From a bacterium (GTDB lineage Bacteria; Patescibacteriota; Minisyncoccia; Phycocordibacterales; UBA2100), in NCBI GenBank assembly GCA_038128225.1, contig JAYPJF010000002.1, forward strand, positions 39,451 through 103,450: a stretch of DNA of 64,000 nucleotides. Direction: 5' to 3'. A program made the position numbers and the translations under genes. This document shows positions 43,905 through 53,380 of this stretch, piece after piece. The notes below the pieces were generated by a model that worked only from the letters and a program-made list of their open reading frames with translations, ran no database searches and was not told where the DNA came from. The first letter of the stretch is position 1. The number at the start of each line of letters is the position of its first letter.

Positions 43905-45053
43905 AGGTTGTTCGATACCCACTTCAATCTGGAGGTGGGTCTCGACAGATGTCGTAGCGGTCGTAGTTGCAGTGCTTGTGGCTGTGGGCAATGTATCATC
44001 GTCCGCCTGCTCAGACACTTCGCTCTCACCGTCTTCTTGTACTGCGAGCATAAGATCAAGCGATCGCTCGAAACGGGTTTCAGCTTCCTCGAGGCGTCCT
44101 TCCGCAAACGCTGAGGCTCCAACGATACGTTCTCGTTCAGCTTCGTTGAAGCGTTCGCGCGCCGATTGTGCGACATCGCTTCCTAAACGTTTCTCGAGGC
44201 GCGATACGACACGGTCAGTATTTTTTGAACGTTCATGGGCCGTTTCAATGAGTCCTGCAACTCGGCCGCGCAATTCTTCGCGTGGCGGTTCTGATGCGGT
44301 AAGCGTGCTAAGTTCCGCGGCATTTGGTGCGGTGTCGGTTGCGGTGGGCGGCTCGATAGTGAGCGCCATTGTTCTTACCTCAGCCGCGTCCTCGGTGCTC
44401 GCTTTTGCCTGGGCCATCTCTGCGTGAGGTGTAGCGGAGAAGGCAAGGCGGACGGAAGAGCGTATGATGCGGTCACGTGCTTTTTCAGCAGCCAAGATGC
44501 GTGACTGGATATGTGCTTGTAGCTCTCGGGTGCCCGTGTCGGCCATACGTGATTCGGATGTTTCTGGTGTGGTTTCCACGTTATCTACAGCGCGGTGGGC
44601 GTCTTCTGCGTGTGCAGTAATATGTGCGTCGAGCTCGGTGCGGATTTCTGGTGTGAGGCGGTCCTCTGCCATGAGAAGTGTTGCTTCCGCGATCCTTCGC
44701 TCTGCGCGCTCAACCGCCCATAACGCTTGTTTTTCGCTCGAGACAATGAGTGCCGCGCGCACTTCTTCGGTGATAGAGACCTTGATTGGATACAGGGCGT
44801 CGCCAGGCAGTGCGTGTTCTGCAGCAAAAACAGTTCCACCAGACAATAGGATAATGAGAGAGAATGCGATGAGCGGAAGAGGGCGCAAGAAAGCAATGCC
44901 GATGAACCATGGAGACCGCTCTATAGCTTTGGTACGTATAGGTTTGTGCGCGATGTACGAAGTAAGAAACGTGTACATTCTCTCTTTTTCAGCGCTGGTC
45001 AACTGCTCGCGGCGCGCTTGGTCAAAAAATGTATCCGTGTGATCGTACTTCAT
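43899..45053 (-). CDS. Anti-sigma factor-like membrane protein (DUF5667-like periplasmic domain)
   Basis: Overlaps the upstream ECF sigma gene by 4 nt. Cytoplasmic N-terminus, TM helix, then LPGDALYPIK (the DUF5667 hallmark as I recall it) and a long helical/charged region. Confidence 0.55.
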   Translation of the reverse strand: MKYDHTDTFFDQARREQLTSAEKERMYTFLTSYIAHKPIRTKAIERSPWFIGIAFLRPLPLIAFSLIILLSGGTVFAAEHALPGDALYPIKVSITEEVRAALIVSSEKQALWAVERAERRIAEATLLMAEDRLTPEIRTELDAHITAHAEDAHRAVDNVETTPETSESRMADTGTRELQAHIQSRILAAEKARDRIIRSSVRLAFSATPHAEMAQAKASTEDAAEVRTMALTIEPPTATDTAPNAAELSTLTASEPPREELRGRVAGLIETAHERSKNTDRVVSRLEKRLGSDVAQSARERFNEAERERIVGASAFAEGRLEEAETRFERSLDLMLAVQEDGESEVSEQADDDTLPTATSTATTTATTSVETHLQIEVGIEQPL

Positions 45054-45550
45054 ATGATGTGTAATTTTGTTCGTAGTTGCGCGAGGCCACGATTAATACG
45101 TACTGAAACGACGTTCGGTGTCAGTGAAAGCACTCGCGCAATCTCCGCAGGCGTTAACCCTTCCATATAGCGTAAGGTGAGCGGCACGCGGTACGTTTCA
45201 TCGAGGGAAGACAACACGGAGCGGATATGCGCAAACTCAGCGGTGGTGTGTTGGGCCTCATTGGTTGAGGGTTCGAACCCGCTTTCCTCGAGCACGTCGA
45301 GAGAAACGCTTTTCTTTTTCCGATAAAAATCAATAATTGCGTTATGGGCCGTACGGTACAAAAACGCCTTCCACGAGTCGATAGCCCCTCCTTCGCGGAC
45401 GTAGTCCCATGTCTTTGCGAATACATCTTGAGTGAGGTCAAGCGCCTGCTCGCGCGCGCCCACACGGCTTAAACAAAAGCGGAAAATGCCATCGGCGTGT
45501 TCTTTGTGTGCTGCCAGGAATGCTTCTTCACTCTGAGACGGTTTACCCAT
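45050..45550 (-). CDS. ECF-type RNA polymerase sigma factor (sigma-70 family, regions 2 and 4)
   Basis: 166-aa ORF. Region 2 (DLTQDVFAKTWDYV) and region 4 HTH (LTPAEIARVLSLTPNVVSVRINRGLAQLR). Confidence 0.8.
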   Translation of the reverse strand: MGKPSQSEEAFLAAHKEHADGIFRFCLSRVGAREQALDLTQDVFAKTWDYVREGGAIDSWKAFLYRTAHNAIIDFYRKKKSVSLDVLEESGFEPSTNEAQHTTAEFAHIRSVLSSLDETYRVPLTLRYMEGLTPAEIARVLSLTPNVVSVRINRGLAQLRTKLHII

Positions 45551-45598
45551 ACATTCCTTACCATCCTACGTGAAATATTACATGCTACAATCCCCCCG

Positions 45599-46435
45599 AT
45601 GCGTATCGTAATCGGCGTTCTCTGTATAGGGTGTATCGTTTTCTCGTTTTTTGCCGTTGAGTCGTTGCGACGTGATCTTGAGTGGGAAACCACAATGGTG
45701 CGTACACAACACGCAGAGGAGCCGAGTGTCGTTACTGGAGTTACTACAGAAACAGACGCACGGATCCCAAAAAGTCTCGGTGTTCAAGAAGTGATCGTTG
45801 ACGAGGAGCATAAAACTTCAGAAAACACATCGCAGACACCCATAATGCAACAAGCCGAAAAGGGCGAATCATTTGCGAGCGCGTGGAAACATGCAAAAGC
45901 GACCATGTTTTGGGTTGGCGAGGATGCAACTTCTGACAATGGGTTTATTCACAATAGCGCGAGTGCGTGGGATGAAATCTGGGAGACGCATTTTGGGGGC
46001 GTTGATGACCCAGAGACCCGTTGTGGGTATCATCCGTGCGGGTTCACGCCAAAACAAAACCCTTTCTACGTTGCGCTTCCTTATAATGATTTTGATGATG
46101 AGGGGAATCGGAAGGCAAACGCGTCACGCGTGCCGTGGTTTGATGATAGGTCATCGGGATCATTGCTTGAAAATCGATGGGTTGAGGTACGCCGAAATGG
46201 CGTCTCGTGTTTTGGTCAGTGGCAGGATGTTGGACCGTTTGAGGAAGACGACGTTGAGTATGTGTTCGGTGATGCGGCTGCGCCGAAAAATACCACCATT
46301 GTTGGGGCGGGCATCGATCTCTCCCCGGCGCTTTCAGATTGCCTAAGCCTTGGCGGTTTGGGCGAGGTGGAATGGAGGCATGTGGCCACAGAGCGTGTAG
46401 TTCGTGGACCTTGGACCGACATCGTCACCCATTAA
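45599..46435 (+). CDS. Hypothetical secreted protein (278 aa from the internal ATG)
   Basis: The start at 45599 gives the signal/TM MRIVIGVLCIGCIVFSFFAV. Divergent from the ECF sigma gene, so possibly part of its regulon. Confidence 0.45.
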   Translation: MRIVIGVLCIGCIVFSFFAVESLRRDLEWETTMVRTQHAEEPSVVTGVTTETDARIPKSLGVQEVIVDEEHKTSENTSQTPIMQQAEKGESFASAWKHAKATMFWVGEDATSDNGFIHNSASAWDEIWETHFGGVDDPETRCGYHPCGFTPKQNPFYVALPYNDFDDEGNRKANASRVPWFDDRSSGSLLENRWVEVRRNGVSCFGQWQDVGPFEEDDVEYVFGDAAAPKNTTIVGAGIDLSPALSDCLSLGGLGEVEWRHVATERVVRGPWTDIVTH

Positions 46436-48572
46436 GGGTAAATGGTGCGATGCGGAGTCGCATGAGCGCGACATGGCAATCACCGTGGCGCTTTTGTACA
46501 CCCCAATGGAAGAGCGAGCCAGTGAGTGCAAGCCACACACTTTTGAGTACGATCGCGGCGATAAGGTATCGATAAAAAAGACGCTGTAACAAGAGTGTTG
46601 TGAACAACAGTCGGTAATGAGGGTGTTTTTCATCGCGTAGCGCAACTGCAGCAATGAGCATGTCGAAAAGTGTATAAGCCAGAAATGGGATGAGTATCAG
46701 CGATATATAAGACTGAGTAACAATTCCAATAATGAGCGCGATATCCAAAAGCGGGAGACACATCGGAAGGAGGACATTGAAGGTTATGGTGTATGGAAGT
46801 ACTAGAAAACCTAGCCACGGCCGAGAAGTCGAGGCAAACCAAGGGAGATACTTCCATACACACTGCACGGTTCCATACATCCAGCGCATCCGCTGCTTGA
46901 AAAATGCGCGAACCGTATGGGGCGTTTCAGTAAACGCATACGCGCGCGCATCATAACGAACCGAATATCCTTCCGAAAGCAGCTTGAATGTAAGATCCTG
47001 GTCTTCCACCACCGTGTCGGTCGAGTATCCTCCAAGACGCTCGATTACGTCCTTGCGCCATGCGCCGAGGGCTCCGGGCACGATATGAACTGCGTTTCCA
47101 AGTGCAAAAACCGTTTTATCAATGTTCTGTCCTTGTGTGTACTCAAGATACTGGAACGCACTCAAAAGGGTTTTGATTGCAGCAGGGTAGATTTTTCCGG
47201 ATACGGCGCCAACATGAGGGTCGCTGAAATGCGTCACCAGGTGTGTGATTGCGTCAGGGGCAACGATTGTATCGGCATCAATGCAGACGACGATGTTGTG
47301 TTGCGCATGGGGAAGTGCAAATGAAAGCGCTTTTGCTTTCGCCCCCTCGTTTTCTTTCTGAAGTAGTCGCAAGTGCGAGCCGATGAATGGAATTAGTGCA
47401 AGTACCCGAGCGCTGGTTTCATCGGTCGAACCGTCGTCGACGACAATTATTTCGTCGCCAGGGCGGATCGCTTTCGCTGCCGAGTGAATGGTCGCCTCGA
47501 TGTTGAGTGCCTCGTTGAAGGCTGGGATGAGCACTGACACCGGCTCGGTATGTGCTTCAAGGGGGGCGCGGCGAGCTCGTGCCCATGGCACATAGAGAAA
47601 ACGTAGAAGGAGAACCGTCCACATACGGGTAAGTCCGAGAATCACCAAAATACCGATAATACCCCAAAGAAGGGATGATCCTTGTGTGTATGCAACAGCG
47701 GCCCCAGCAAGAAGCGCATCCCGCCCAATGCCAAGTGGTGCGGCTGGCATGACATCGGCTTTAGTTAGACCGAGTTGCTGAGAAATTGGCACGAAGGTGT
47801 ATCCTTCAGCTTTCATTGTTGCAATGAATCCAGGGAGCGCCTCAAGTGTCGTTCCGCTTCCAGCCTCTTCGTGAAGAAGCACTACGTTATGTTTGCGATT
47901 TGATTGATTGTACACACCTTCTATAAGGCGTCGCTCGAGGCGCGCTTTCCCAGTTTTCGGGTCCGACTCCAACCAATCAAGTGAATCGATTGTGGTACCA
48001 ATAACAAGAAAACCCGCTTTCTCTGCCCAGCGGAACGCCTCTGCGTTTTGGGTGCTGCCATCGAGTTCCCATGATTCAAAGTCAATCAAAAAAGGAGGGC
48101 GGTATAGATATGATGTATGCCCAGTAATATTCCTCAATACTCGGTCTGCGGCACTTAATTCCGCACGGAGCCGGCGTTCATTGGCATGCACCTCACGAGA
48201 GTGGGTAAATGTGTGGTTCCCGATTTCAAAAAGAGGCGAAGTAGCAACACGGCGAACGATATCCGGATGCTTCACCATATACTCTCCTATGAAGAAAAAA
48301 GTCGCAGGCACGTGTTCGCGTTCGAGAAGGTCGAGAAGCTGTGGCGTATACACTTCGTGTGGGCCGTCATCAAAAGATAACGAGATCCATTTATCGGAGT
48401 TTTCCGCAGTAGTATTTGCGGTGAGTTGTGGCGCAACATGAGTATCGCGCACCACCGCTTCCATTGAATAGGGAATTGAAACTAAAAACAGTATGGTGAT
48501 TCCGATGACCGCACACGCACTAAGGCCGTACACAAACCATTTTCTCCATCCGTGACGGTCATAAAAAATCAT
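46425..48572 (-). CDS. Fusion protein: polysaccharide deacetylase (NodB/CE4) plus processive family-2 glycosyltransferase (PgaB/PgaC- or IcaB/IcaA-like)
   Basis: N-terminal TM. The CE4 motifs ISLSFDDGP and FFFIGEYMVKHPDIVRRV...GNHTFTH. TM segments. The GT2 motifs VLIPAFNEA, VVDDGSTDETS, and QxxRW (QRMRWMYG). A C-terminal TM bundle. Confidence 0.8.
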   Translation of the reverse strand: MIFYDRHGWRKWFVYGLSACAVIGITILFLVSIPYSMEAVVRDTHVAPQLTANTTAENSDKWISLSFDDGPHEVYTPQLLDLLEREHVPATFFFIGEYMVKHPDIVRRVATSPLFEIGNHTFTHSREVHANERRLRAELSAADRVLRNITGHTSYLYRPPFLIDFESWELDGSTQNAEAFRWAEKAGFLVIGTTIDSLDWLESDPKTGKARLERRLIEGVYNQSNRKHNVVLLHEEAGSGTTLEALPGFIATMKAEGYTFVPISQQLGLTKADVMPAAPLGIGRDALLAGAAVAYTQGSSLLWGIIGILVILGLTRMWTVLLLRFLYVPWARARRAPLEAHTEPVSVLIPAFNEALNIEATIHSAAKAIRPGDEIIVVDDGSTDETSARVLALIPFIGSHLRLLQKENEGAKAKALSFALPHAQHNIVVCIDADTIVAPDAITHLVTHFSDPHVGAVSGKIYPAAIKTLLSAFQYLEYTQGQNIDKTVFALGNAVHIVPGALGAWRKDVIERLGGYSTDTVVEDQDLTFKLLSEGYSVRYDARAYAFTETPHTVRAFFKQRMRWMYGTVQCVWKYLPWFASTSRPWLGFLVLPYTITFNVLLPMCLPLLDIALIIGIVTQSYISLILIPFLAYTLFDMLIAAVALRDEKHPHYRLLFTTLLLQRLFYRYLIAAIVLKSVWLALTGSLFHWGVQKRHGDCHVALMRLRIAPFTLNG

Positions 48573-48654
48573 GCAACATCAGCCTATCATAAGCGCCACC
48601 ACGAAACGTCAATCACAACACGGGTTTGGTATCAGGCAATGATTGTTGTACTAT

Positions 48655-48993
48655 ATGCAGATGATCATAAAACAGCTCTTGGTGTCGGTCGTAGCAATTT
48701 TTCTTGGTGCATACCTCATTCCCGGTGTCAGTATTACCGTTGCGGGTGCGCTAGTGCTTTCGCTTGTTTTAGGAATCATCAACATGTTCATTAAGCCTAT
48801 CGTGCAGCTTGTGGCTTTGCCGCTCACCATCATGACATTCGGGCTTTTTGCACTCGTCATTAATGCGCTTTTGATCATGCTCGCCGATTATTTTGTGGCA
48901 GGCTTTGCGGTTTCTGGTTTTTGGGTGGCGCTCTTGTTTGCGCTGCTTATATCAGTTGTGACCGCATTGTTCGGCTCCTTCATTCGCGGGTAA
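48655..48993 (+). CDS. Phage-holin-family-4 / DUF360-like small membrane protein
   Basis: 3-4 TM helices in ~113 aa (IIKQLLVSVVAIFLGAYLIPGVSI..., ...NALLIMLADYF...), typical of the YvlD/DUF360 holin-like family. Confidence 0.5.
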   Translation: MQMIIKQLLVSVVAIFLGAYLIPGVSITVAGALVLSLVLGIINMFIKPIVQLVALPLTIMTFGLFALVINALLIMLADYFVAGFAVSGFWVALLFALLISVVTALFGSFIRG

Positions 48994-49057
48994 TAAATCT
49001 CAGTTCATTCACTGCGCTCTAATTGCTGGAGTGCGCTAGAGGTGATACGGTTTAGCT

Positions 49058-49966
49058 ATGCAAAAAACGATTATAGGCGTACTCGTTCTTGGAATCATTG
49101 CAGGCGGAATATACGTTGCGCTCAAGAACGCGTCCCTCGTGGAAAACGTAGACTCTTCTCGAAGCGCTGAGACTGCACTGAAACGTACAACTATCGACAT
49201 GTCCGAATTTGGCGCTGGCATGGTTACACTTACCGACGGGGAAGCCACATTCAAAGTGGATGGTCAGGAGACCCCCACCGGATATGTTTCAGTGAACGGC
49301 GCGCGCGGGGAGATTCGCAGTGGCGACGACAGTGAATTTTTTGTGCCGATGAGTGTGAGTGGTGGCGGTACTGGAGTGTTTCAATTTCTCGTTCACTTTA
49401 CATATGAACATGACACTGATCAAGTTGTCGAACGGCAGCGCATACTACTCGGAGATCGAATTTTGGTAACCGCAATCAATGTTGAACAAACTGCACCGAC
49501 CGCATACGAAGTCTTAGTTTCGGTGAAGGATCGTGGCGTGTTCGACGCAATGGCTTCAGTGCCATCACAGGATCGGGTATTACACTTTAAGAGAGGAAGT
49601 GACGGGCAGTTTGAACTTGCGCACGTCATTTACGGAACGCTCGAAGACTACACTATAGTTGTCGTGTGGCCCTTGCCCAATGCACAAGTCGGCAAATCGT
49701 TTACGGTGCAGGGGGCAGCGCGCGGGCCGTGGTATTTTGAGGCTAGTTTTCCGGCGGTGGTAAAAAATGCGGAGGGAGACATTGTCGGACAAGGTATTGC
49801 CCAAGCTGAAGGAGAGTGGATGACTGAAGAACTTGTTCCTTTTGTGGCGCCGGTCACTTTGCCTGACGATGCCCACGGCGTATACGCGCTTGTACTCCAA
49901 AAGGACAACCCTTCCGGATTGCCTGAGAACGAGGCGTCAATCGAGTTTCCAATTTTCGTACAATAA
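49058..49966 (+). CDS. Secreted protein with a C-terminal Gmad2-like Ig-fold domain
   Basis: N-terminal TM/signal. The C-terminal FTVQGAARGPWYFEASFPAVVKNAEGDIVGQGIAQAEGEWMTEE matches the Gmad2/GerM-associated Ig-like domain pattern. Confidence 0.5.
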   Translation: MQKTIIGVLVLGIIAGGIYVALKNASLVENVDSSRSAETALKRTTIDMSEFGAGMVTLTDGEATFKVDGQETPTGYVSVNGARGEIRSGDDSEFFVPMSVSGGGTGVFQFLVHFTYEHDTDQVVERQRILLGDRILVTAINVEQTAPTAYEVLVSVKDRGVFDAMASVPSQDRVLHFKRGSDGQFELAHVIYGTLEDYTIVVVWPLPNAQVGKSFTVQGAARGPWYFEASFPAVVKNAEGDIVGQGIAQAEGEWMTEELVPFVAPVTLPDDAHGVYALVLQKDNPSGLPENEASIEFPIFVQ

Positions 49967-50132
49967 CCCAAGGAAACTTGTCCTATTGACCTACCGCTTT
50001 CCAAGCGGTACGTTTTCAATAGCCGCGGCGTCTTTCTCGTTTTCCTGGCGCCCGGCCCTCTCTTAGGAGAGGTTCCTCCCACAACTTGGGCCGTCTGTGC
50101 GACGGCCCATTTTTTCGTGATATAGTCAGCGT

Positions 50133-51371
50133 ATGCAGCTTTCTGAAATACTTACTGCACGGGGTTTTGTGCACCAGTATTCAACTAAAACACTTGGTGA
50201 AATTACCGACGGTGACGCACGTGTTGTCTATTTGGGAGTTGATCCAACGGCGGATTCAATACATGTGGGAAACCTTGCGGGGTTTATGATGCTCCGTCAT
50301 TTTGTTGAACATGGGCACAGGATAGTTCTTTTGATCGGCGGAGGAACAGGAATGATTGGAGACCCAAAACCCGATGTTGAACGCCCGCTCACGCCACCTG
50401 AAGAAGTTGCGGGGCGAGCTGAAAAAATAAAAAAACAAGCGCAACGCCTTTTTGGGGGAGTGGAAGTTGAAGTGGTCAACAATCATGATTGGCTCTCGAA
50501 ACTTGACCTCATTTCATTTCTACGCGACATCGGCAAGCACTTTACCGTGAACGCGCTCATGAAAAAGGACGCAATCGCGGCGCGCCTAAAAAGTGAAGAA
50601 GGGATCTCGTACACGGAGTTCGCGTACCCACTTTTGCAGGCATACGATTTTTGGCACCTCTTTAAAGAAAAATCATGCACCGTACAAATTGGCGGATCAG
50701 ATCAGTGGGGGAATATCACTGCGGGGGTTGAGCTTATCAGACGAAAAGAAAACGCCGCGGCGTTTGCGCTCACCCTGCCTCTTATTGTGGATAAAAGTGG
50801 AAAAAAGTTTGGAAAAAGTGAAGGAAATGCCGTGTGGCTGGATGCGACAAAAACAACCCCATTTGCTTTCTATCAGTTTTGGCTCCAAGTTGATGACGAC
50901 CAAGTAGAGGCACTCTTGAAACAATTTACATTGCTTTCGCTTAGCGACATTGAACATATGATTGCCGAGCATGTAAAAGATCCAGGAAAGCGCGCAGCTC
51001 AGAAAGCTCTTGCGCATGCAGTTACTGAGCTCGTGCACGGCAAACCAGAAGCGGATGCAATTGCGCGCGCGTCGGAAATTTTGTATAGTACGGACACAAT
51101 TCAAGTTACCCCTGTGGAGCGAGAAGTGTTGCTCGCACAAGCGCCTAAAACACATGTTGCAGAAGGGGATTCAATTGTCGACGTGCTTGTTGCAGTAGGA
51201 TTTGCAACTTCGAAACGAGAAGCACGCGAGTTTCTTGATAATGGCAGCGTGACCTTGCAAGGAAAAAAAATAGGCAGTGAGTACGTGCTTACCGATAAGG
51301 ACTTTGTTGAAGAGTTTGCGATTTTGCGGCGTGGCAAACGCAACTCGTGTCTACTTACAACGGTGTTATGA
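50133..51371 (+). CDS. tyrS: Tyrosyl-tRNA synthetase
   Basis: HIGN (HIGH-class motif), KFGKS (KMSKS), and a C-terminal S4-like domain. 412 aa. Confidence 0.9.
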   Translation: MQLSEILTARGFVHQYSTKTLGEITDGDARVVYLGVDPTADSIHVGNLAGFMMLRHFVEHGHRIVLLIGGGTGMIGDPKPDVERPLTPPEEVAGRAEKIKKQAQRLFGGVEVEVVNNHDWLSKLDLISFLRDIGKHFTVNALMKKDAIAARLKSEEGISYTEFAYPLLQAYDFWHLFKEKSCTVQIGGSDQWGNITAGVELIRRKENAAAFALTLPLIVDKSGKKFGKSEGNAVWLDATKTTPFAFYQFWLQVDDDQVEALLKQFTLLSLSDIEHMIAEHVKDPGKRAAQKALAHAVTELVHGKPEADAIARASEILYSTDTIQVTPVEREVLLAQAPKTHVAEGDSIVDVLVAVGFATSKREAREFLDNGSVTLQGKKIGSEYVLTDKDFVEEFAILRRGKRNSCLLTTVL

Positions 51372-51838
51372 GACAAGAGCGACCGGCTCCACAGGACCCT
51401 GGAGTTTCAGGTCCTGGTGACGTGACGCACTCCGAAATCATTCTTCCGCGCTCTGGTGAGAATAAAGAACAAACAGAGGAGCGACGGCGTTTGCTCAAAC
51501 TACTCAGCGTTTTCAGAACGCAGGCACCAGACTATATTCCGCAAACGCACGGGAAAACGATGCCGCGCGAAAATTTCATTCACGGTTTGCAAACGCTCAT
51601 AGCACAGGAACCGGCAGAGGTGGGGAAGTTTGTATTGTATCGATGGTTCTCTTTTTGGAGTAACAACGCAGATCAGGAAGTGTGGCACAGCATGATCGAT
51701 AAGTTGGGTATTCCTGTGGATAGTCGAAAGGTGCTGGATGAGGCAATCAGTAAAAAGCTGAGTAATAGAGAGACCCTGGAATGGGTCAGCAAAAATTACC
51801 CTCGTCTCGATTTCGGATCGGTTCCGCTAGAACAGTAA
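51347..51838 (+). CDS. Hypothetical protein (start uncertain)
   Basis: ORF only. Overlaps the tyrS end by 25 nt. Confidence 0.3.
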   Translation: MSTYNGVMRQERPAPQDPGVSGPGDVTHSEIILPRSGENKEQTEERRRLLKLLSVFRTQAPDYIPQTHGKTMPRENFIHGLQTLIAQEPAEVGKFVLYRWFSFWSNNADQEVWHSMIDKLGIPVDSRKVLDEAISKKLSNRETLEWVSKNYPRLDFGSVPLEQ

Positions 51839-51898
51839 TTCTTGACTCGCACACTGTTCGTCATAGAATGTGAGTGTTAAAAGCTAACAAAACATTGT

Positions 51899-52321
51899 AT
51901 GTCGTCACTTATCAGGTGGGAACCATTCGATGAATTTGATCGCTTTTTTAACGATCGTTTGCCTAGCATGATGCAACAGTTTCCGTCGGTCAGCTGGGAT
52001 TTGGCAGTAGATCTCTACGAAGAGGGTGATGTGCTGATCGCAGAGATGCAAATTCCGGGGATGGACAAAGAATTGATTAAAGTTGCGATTAAAGATGGAC
52101 ATCTGCGTGTTTCCGGCGTTCGCGAAGAGAAAAAAGAAGAGAAGAAGAAAAATTATTTCCATCGCGAAATGCGACGCGGTTCGTTCGAGCGCACAATCAA
52201 GCTCCCGGTTTCGGTAGATAAGAAAAAAGTGAAAGCAGAGTACAAAGGGGGTATATTAAAAGTAATGATGCCTAAAGCCGACGCGAAAGAAGATGAGGTA
52301 AAGGTATCGGTAGCAGAATAA
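51899..52321 (+). CDS. Hsp20/alpha-crystallin family small heat-shock protein
   Basis: The alpha-crystallin domain pattern (AVDLYEEGDVLIAEMQIPGMDKELIKVAIKDGHLRVSG..., FERTIKLP, GILKV). Confidence 0.8.
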   Translation: MSSLIRWEPFDEFDRFFNDRLPSMMQQFPSVSWDLAVDLYEEGDVLIAEMQIPGMDKELIKVAIKDGHLRVSGVREEKKEEKKKNYFHREMRRGSFERTIKLPVSVDKKKVKAEYKGGILKVMMPKADAKEDEVKVSVAE

Positions 52322-52323
52322 GT

Positions 52324-52788
52324 ATGATGAACTGGTACATGATTGGAGGGGCTGTAGTCCTTGCGTTGATCGTGTTCGGAACGTGGTTTTATTCAAAAAA
52401 TTCAAACCTCATGGCAAACAGTGATGTGAACGCTCAAGTTGCAGCGGCAGCTGCACAAGGCTTAAAGCTCGAAGATGTAACCGTAGGAGCAGGTGACGAA
52501 GCGCAAACAGGGCAAACTGTCGCGGTACACTATGTGGGCAAGCTTCAAGACGGCACGGTGTTTGATTCTTCCGTTGCGCGCGGTACACCATTTACATTCA
52601 CGCTGGGCACGGGGCAAGTGATTAAAGGATGGGATCAGGGTGTTGCCGGCATGCGGGTCGGTGGCGTTCGTAAGTTAGAAATTCCACCCGAGCTTGGATA
52701 TGGCGATCGTGACTTGGGCGCAATTCCTCCTAATTCAACGTTGTTCTTTGACGTTGAGCTTTTGGGCGTCGTTGATTCAAAAGGATAA
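52324..52788 (+). CDS. FKBP-type peptidyl-prolyl cis-trans isomerase, membrane-anchored
   Basis: N-terminal TM helix, then VAVHYVGKLQDGTVFDSS...FTLGTGQVIKGWDQGVAGMRVGGVRKLEIPPELGYG...LFFDVELL. Confidence 0.8.
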   Translation: MMNWYMIGGAVVLALIVFGTWFYSKNSNLMANSDVNAQVAAAAAQGLKLEDVTVGAGDEAQTGQTVAVHYVGKLQDGTVFDSSVARGTPFTFTLGTGQVIKGWDQGVAGMRVGGVRKLEIPPELGYGDRDLGAIPPNSTLFFDVELLGVVDSKG

Positions 52789-52812
52789 TTCTTCAAGAAG
52801 AAACGCAAACAG

Positions 52813-52836
52813 AAACGGCGGCCTTGGCCGCCGTTT
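52813..52836. terminator. Bidirectional hairpin terminator
   Basis: AAACGGCGGCC-TT-GGCCGCCGTTT between convergent genes. Confidence 0.5.
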
Positions 52837-52843
52837 CGCGTGA

Positions 52844-53257
52844 CTATTCGTCGCAGTCGTCGTCGAAGTTGACTGCGGCGAATGCGCGTGTCGCTATACA
52901 CTCCGCGCATGACTCGGGGACCTCAAGCTCATGCAGTGCCCTCACAGCGCTTGCGCGCGCTTCGTCGATTGCGTCGCCAGCATCGTGAGTTCCGCACTCC
53001 CACAAGCTGTCATCATCCAAAAAGGTGTATGCAACCGAAATACCGGTTTTCACGCAATTCTTCAGACGCTCGAGCCGTTCTATGACCGCGACCGGCGCTT
53101 TCCTAAGCGCAAGTTGTGCCGCACGCTTGGGGCGCTTCTTTTCGGGGGCCCATGCATGGAATATCAAACTCGCCGAAGGCAGAAGCCCGCTGATGGGGTT
53201 TGTTTCCACACAGCGCTTGTTCCCGCACGGGCGATTGATTTTTTCGAGCCTCATCAC
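52844..53257 (-). CDS. Hypothetical Cys-rich acidic protein (137 aa)
   Basis: ORF with 8 Cys (CGNKRC, WECGTHD, CAEC) and an acidic C-terminus (DDDCDE). No confident family. Confidence 0.35.
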   Translation of the reverse strand: MMRLEKINRPCGNKRCVETNPISGLLPSASLIFHAWAPEKKRPKRAAQLALRKAPVAVIERLERLKNCVKTGISVAYTFLDDDSLWECGTHDAGDAIDEARASAVRALHELEVPESCAECIATRAFAAVNFDDDCDE

Positions 53258-53380
53258 ACCCTCCTCTTTTACCCAAAATCACTATACAATCGAAACAAGA
53301 TTTGGCAATGACGGACCATACTCACGTAGTTGATAAGTGAAAAAGTTGCATTTTAGAGGTTTTCTCAGCACACTGGGTAT

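Noticed and set aside
44464-45042. 192-aa plus-strand ORF inside the anti-sigma gene
   Set aside because: Antisense to the sigma-coupled anti-sigma gene. Arg/Ser-rich shadow ORF.
52844-53257. WhiB-like Fe-S transcription factor assignment for the Cys-rich protein
   Set aside because: The Cys spacing does not match the WhiB C-x(n)-C-x2-C-x5-C pattern, and no C-terminal basic HTH-like tail is present.
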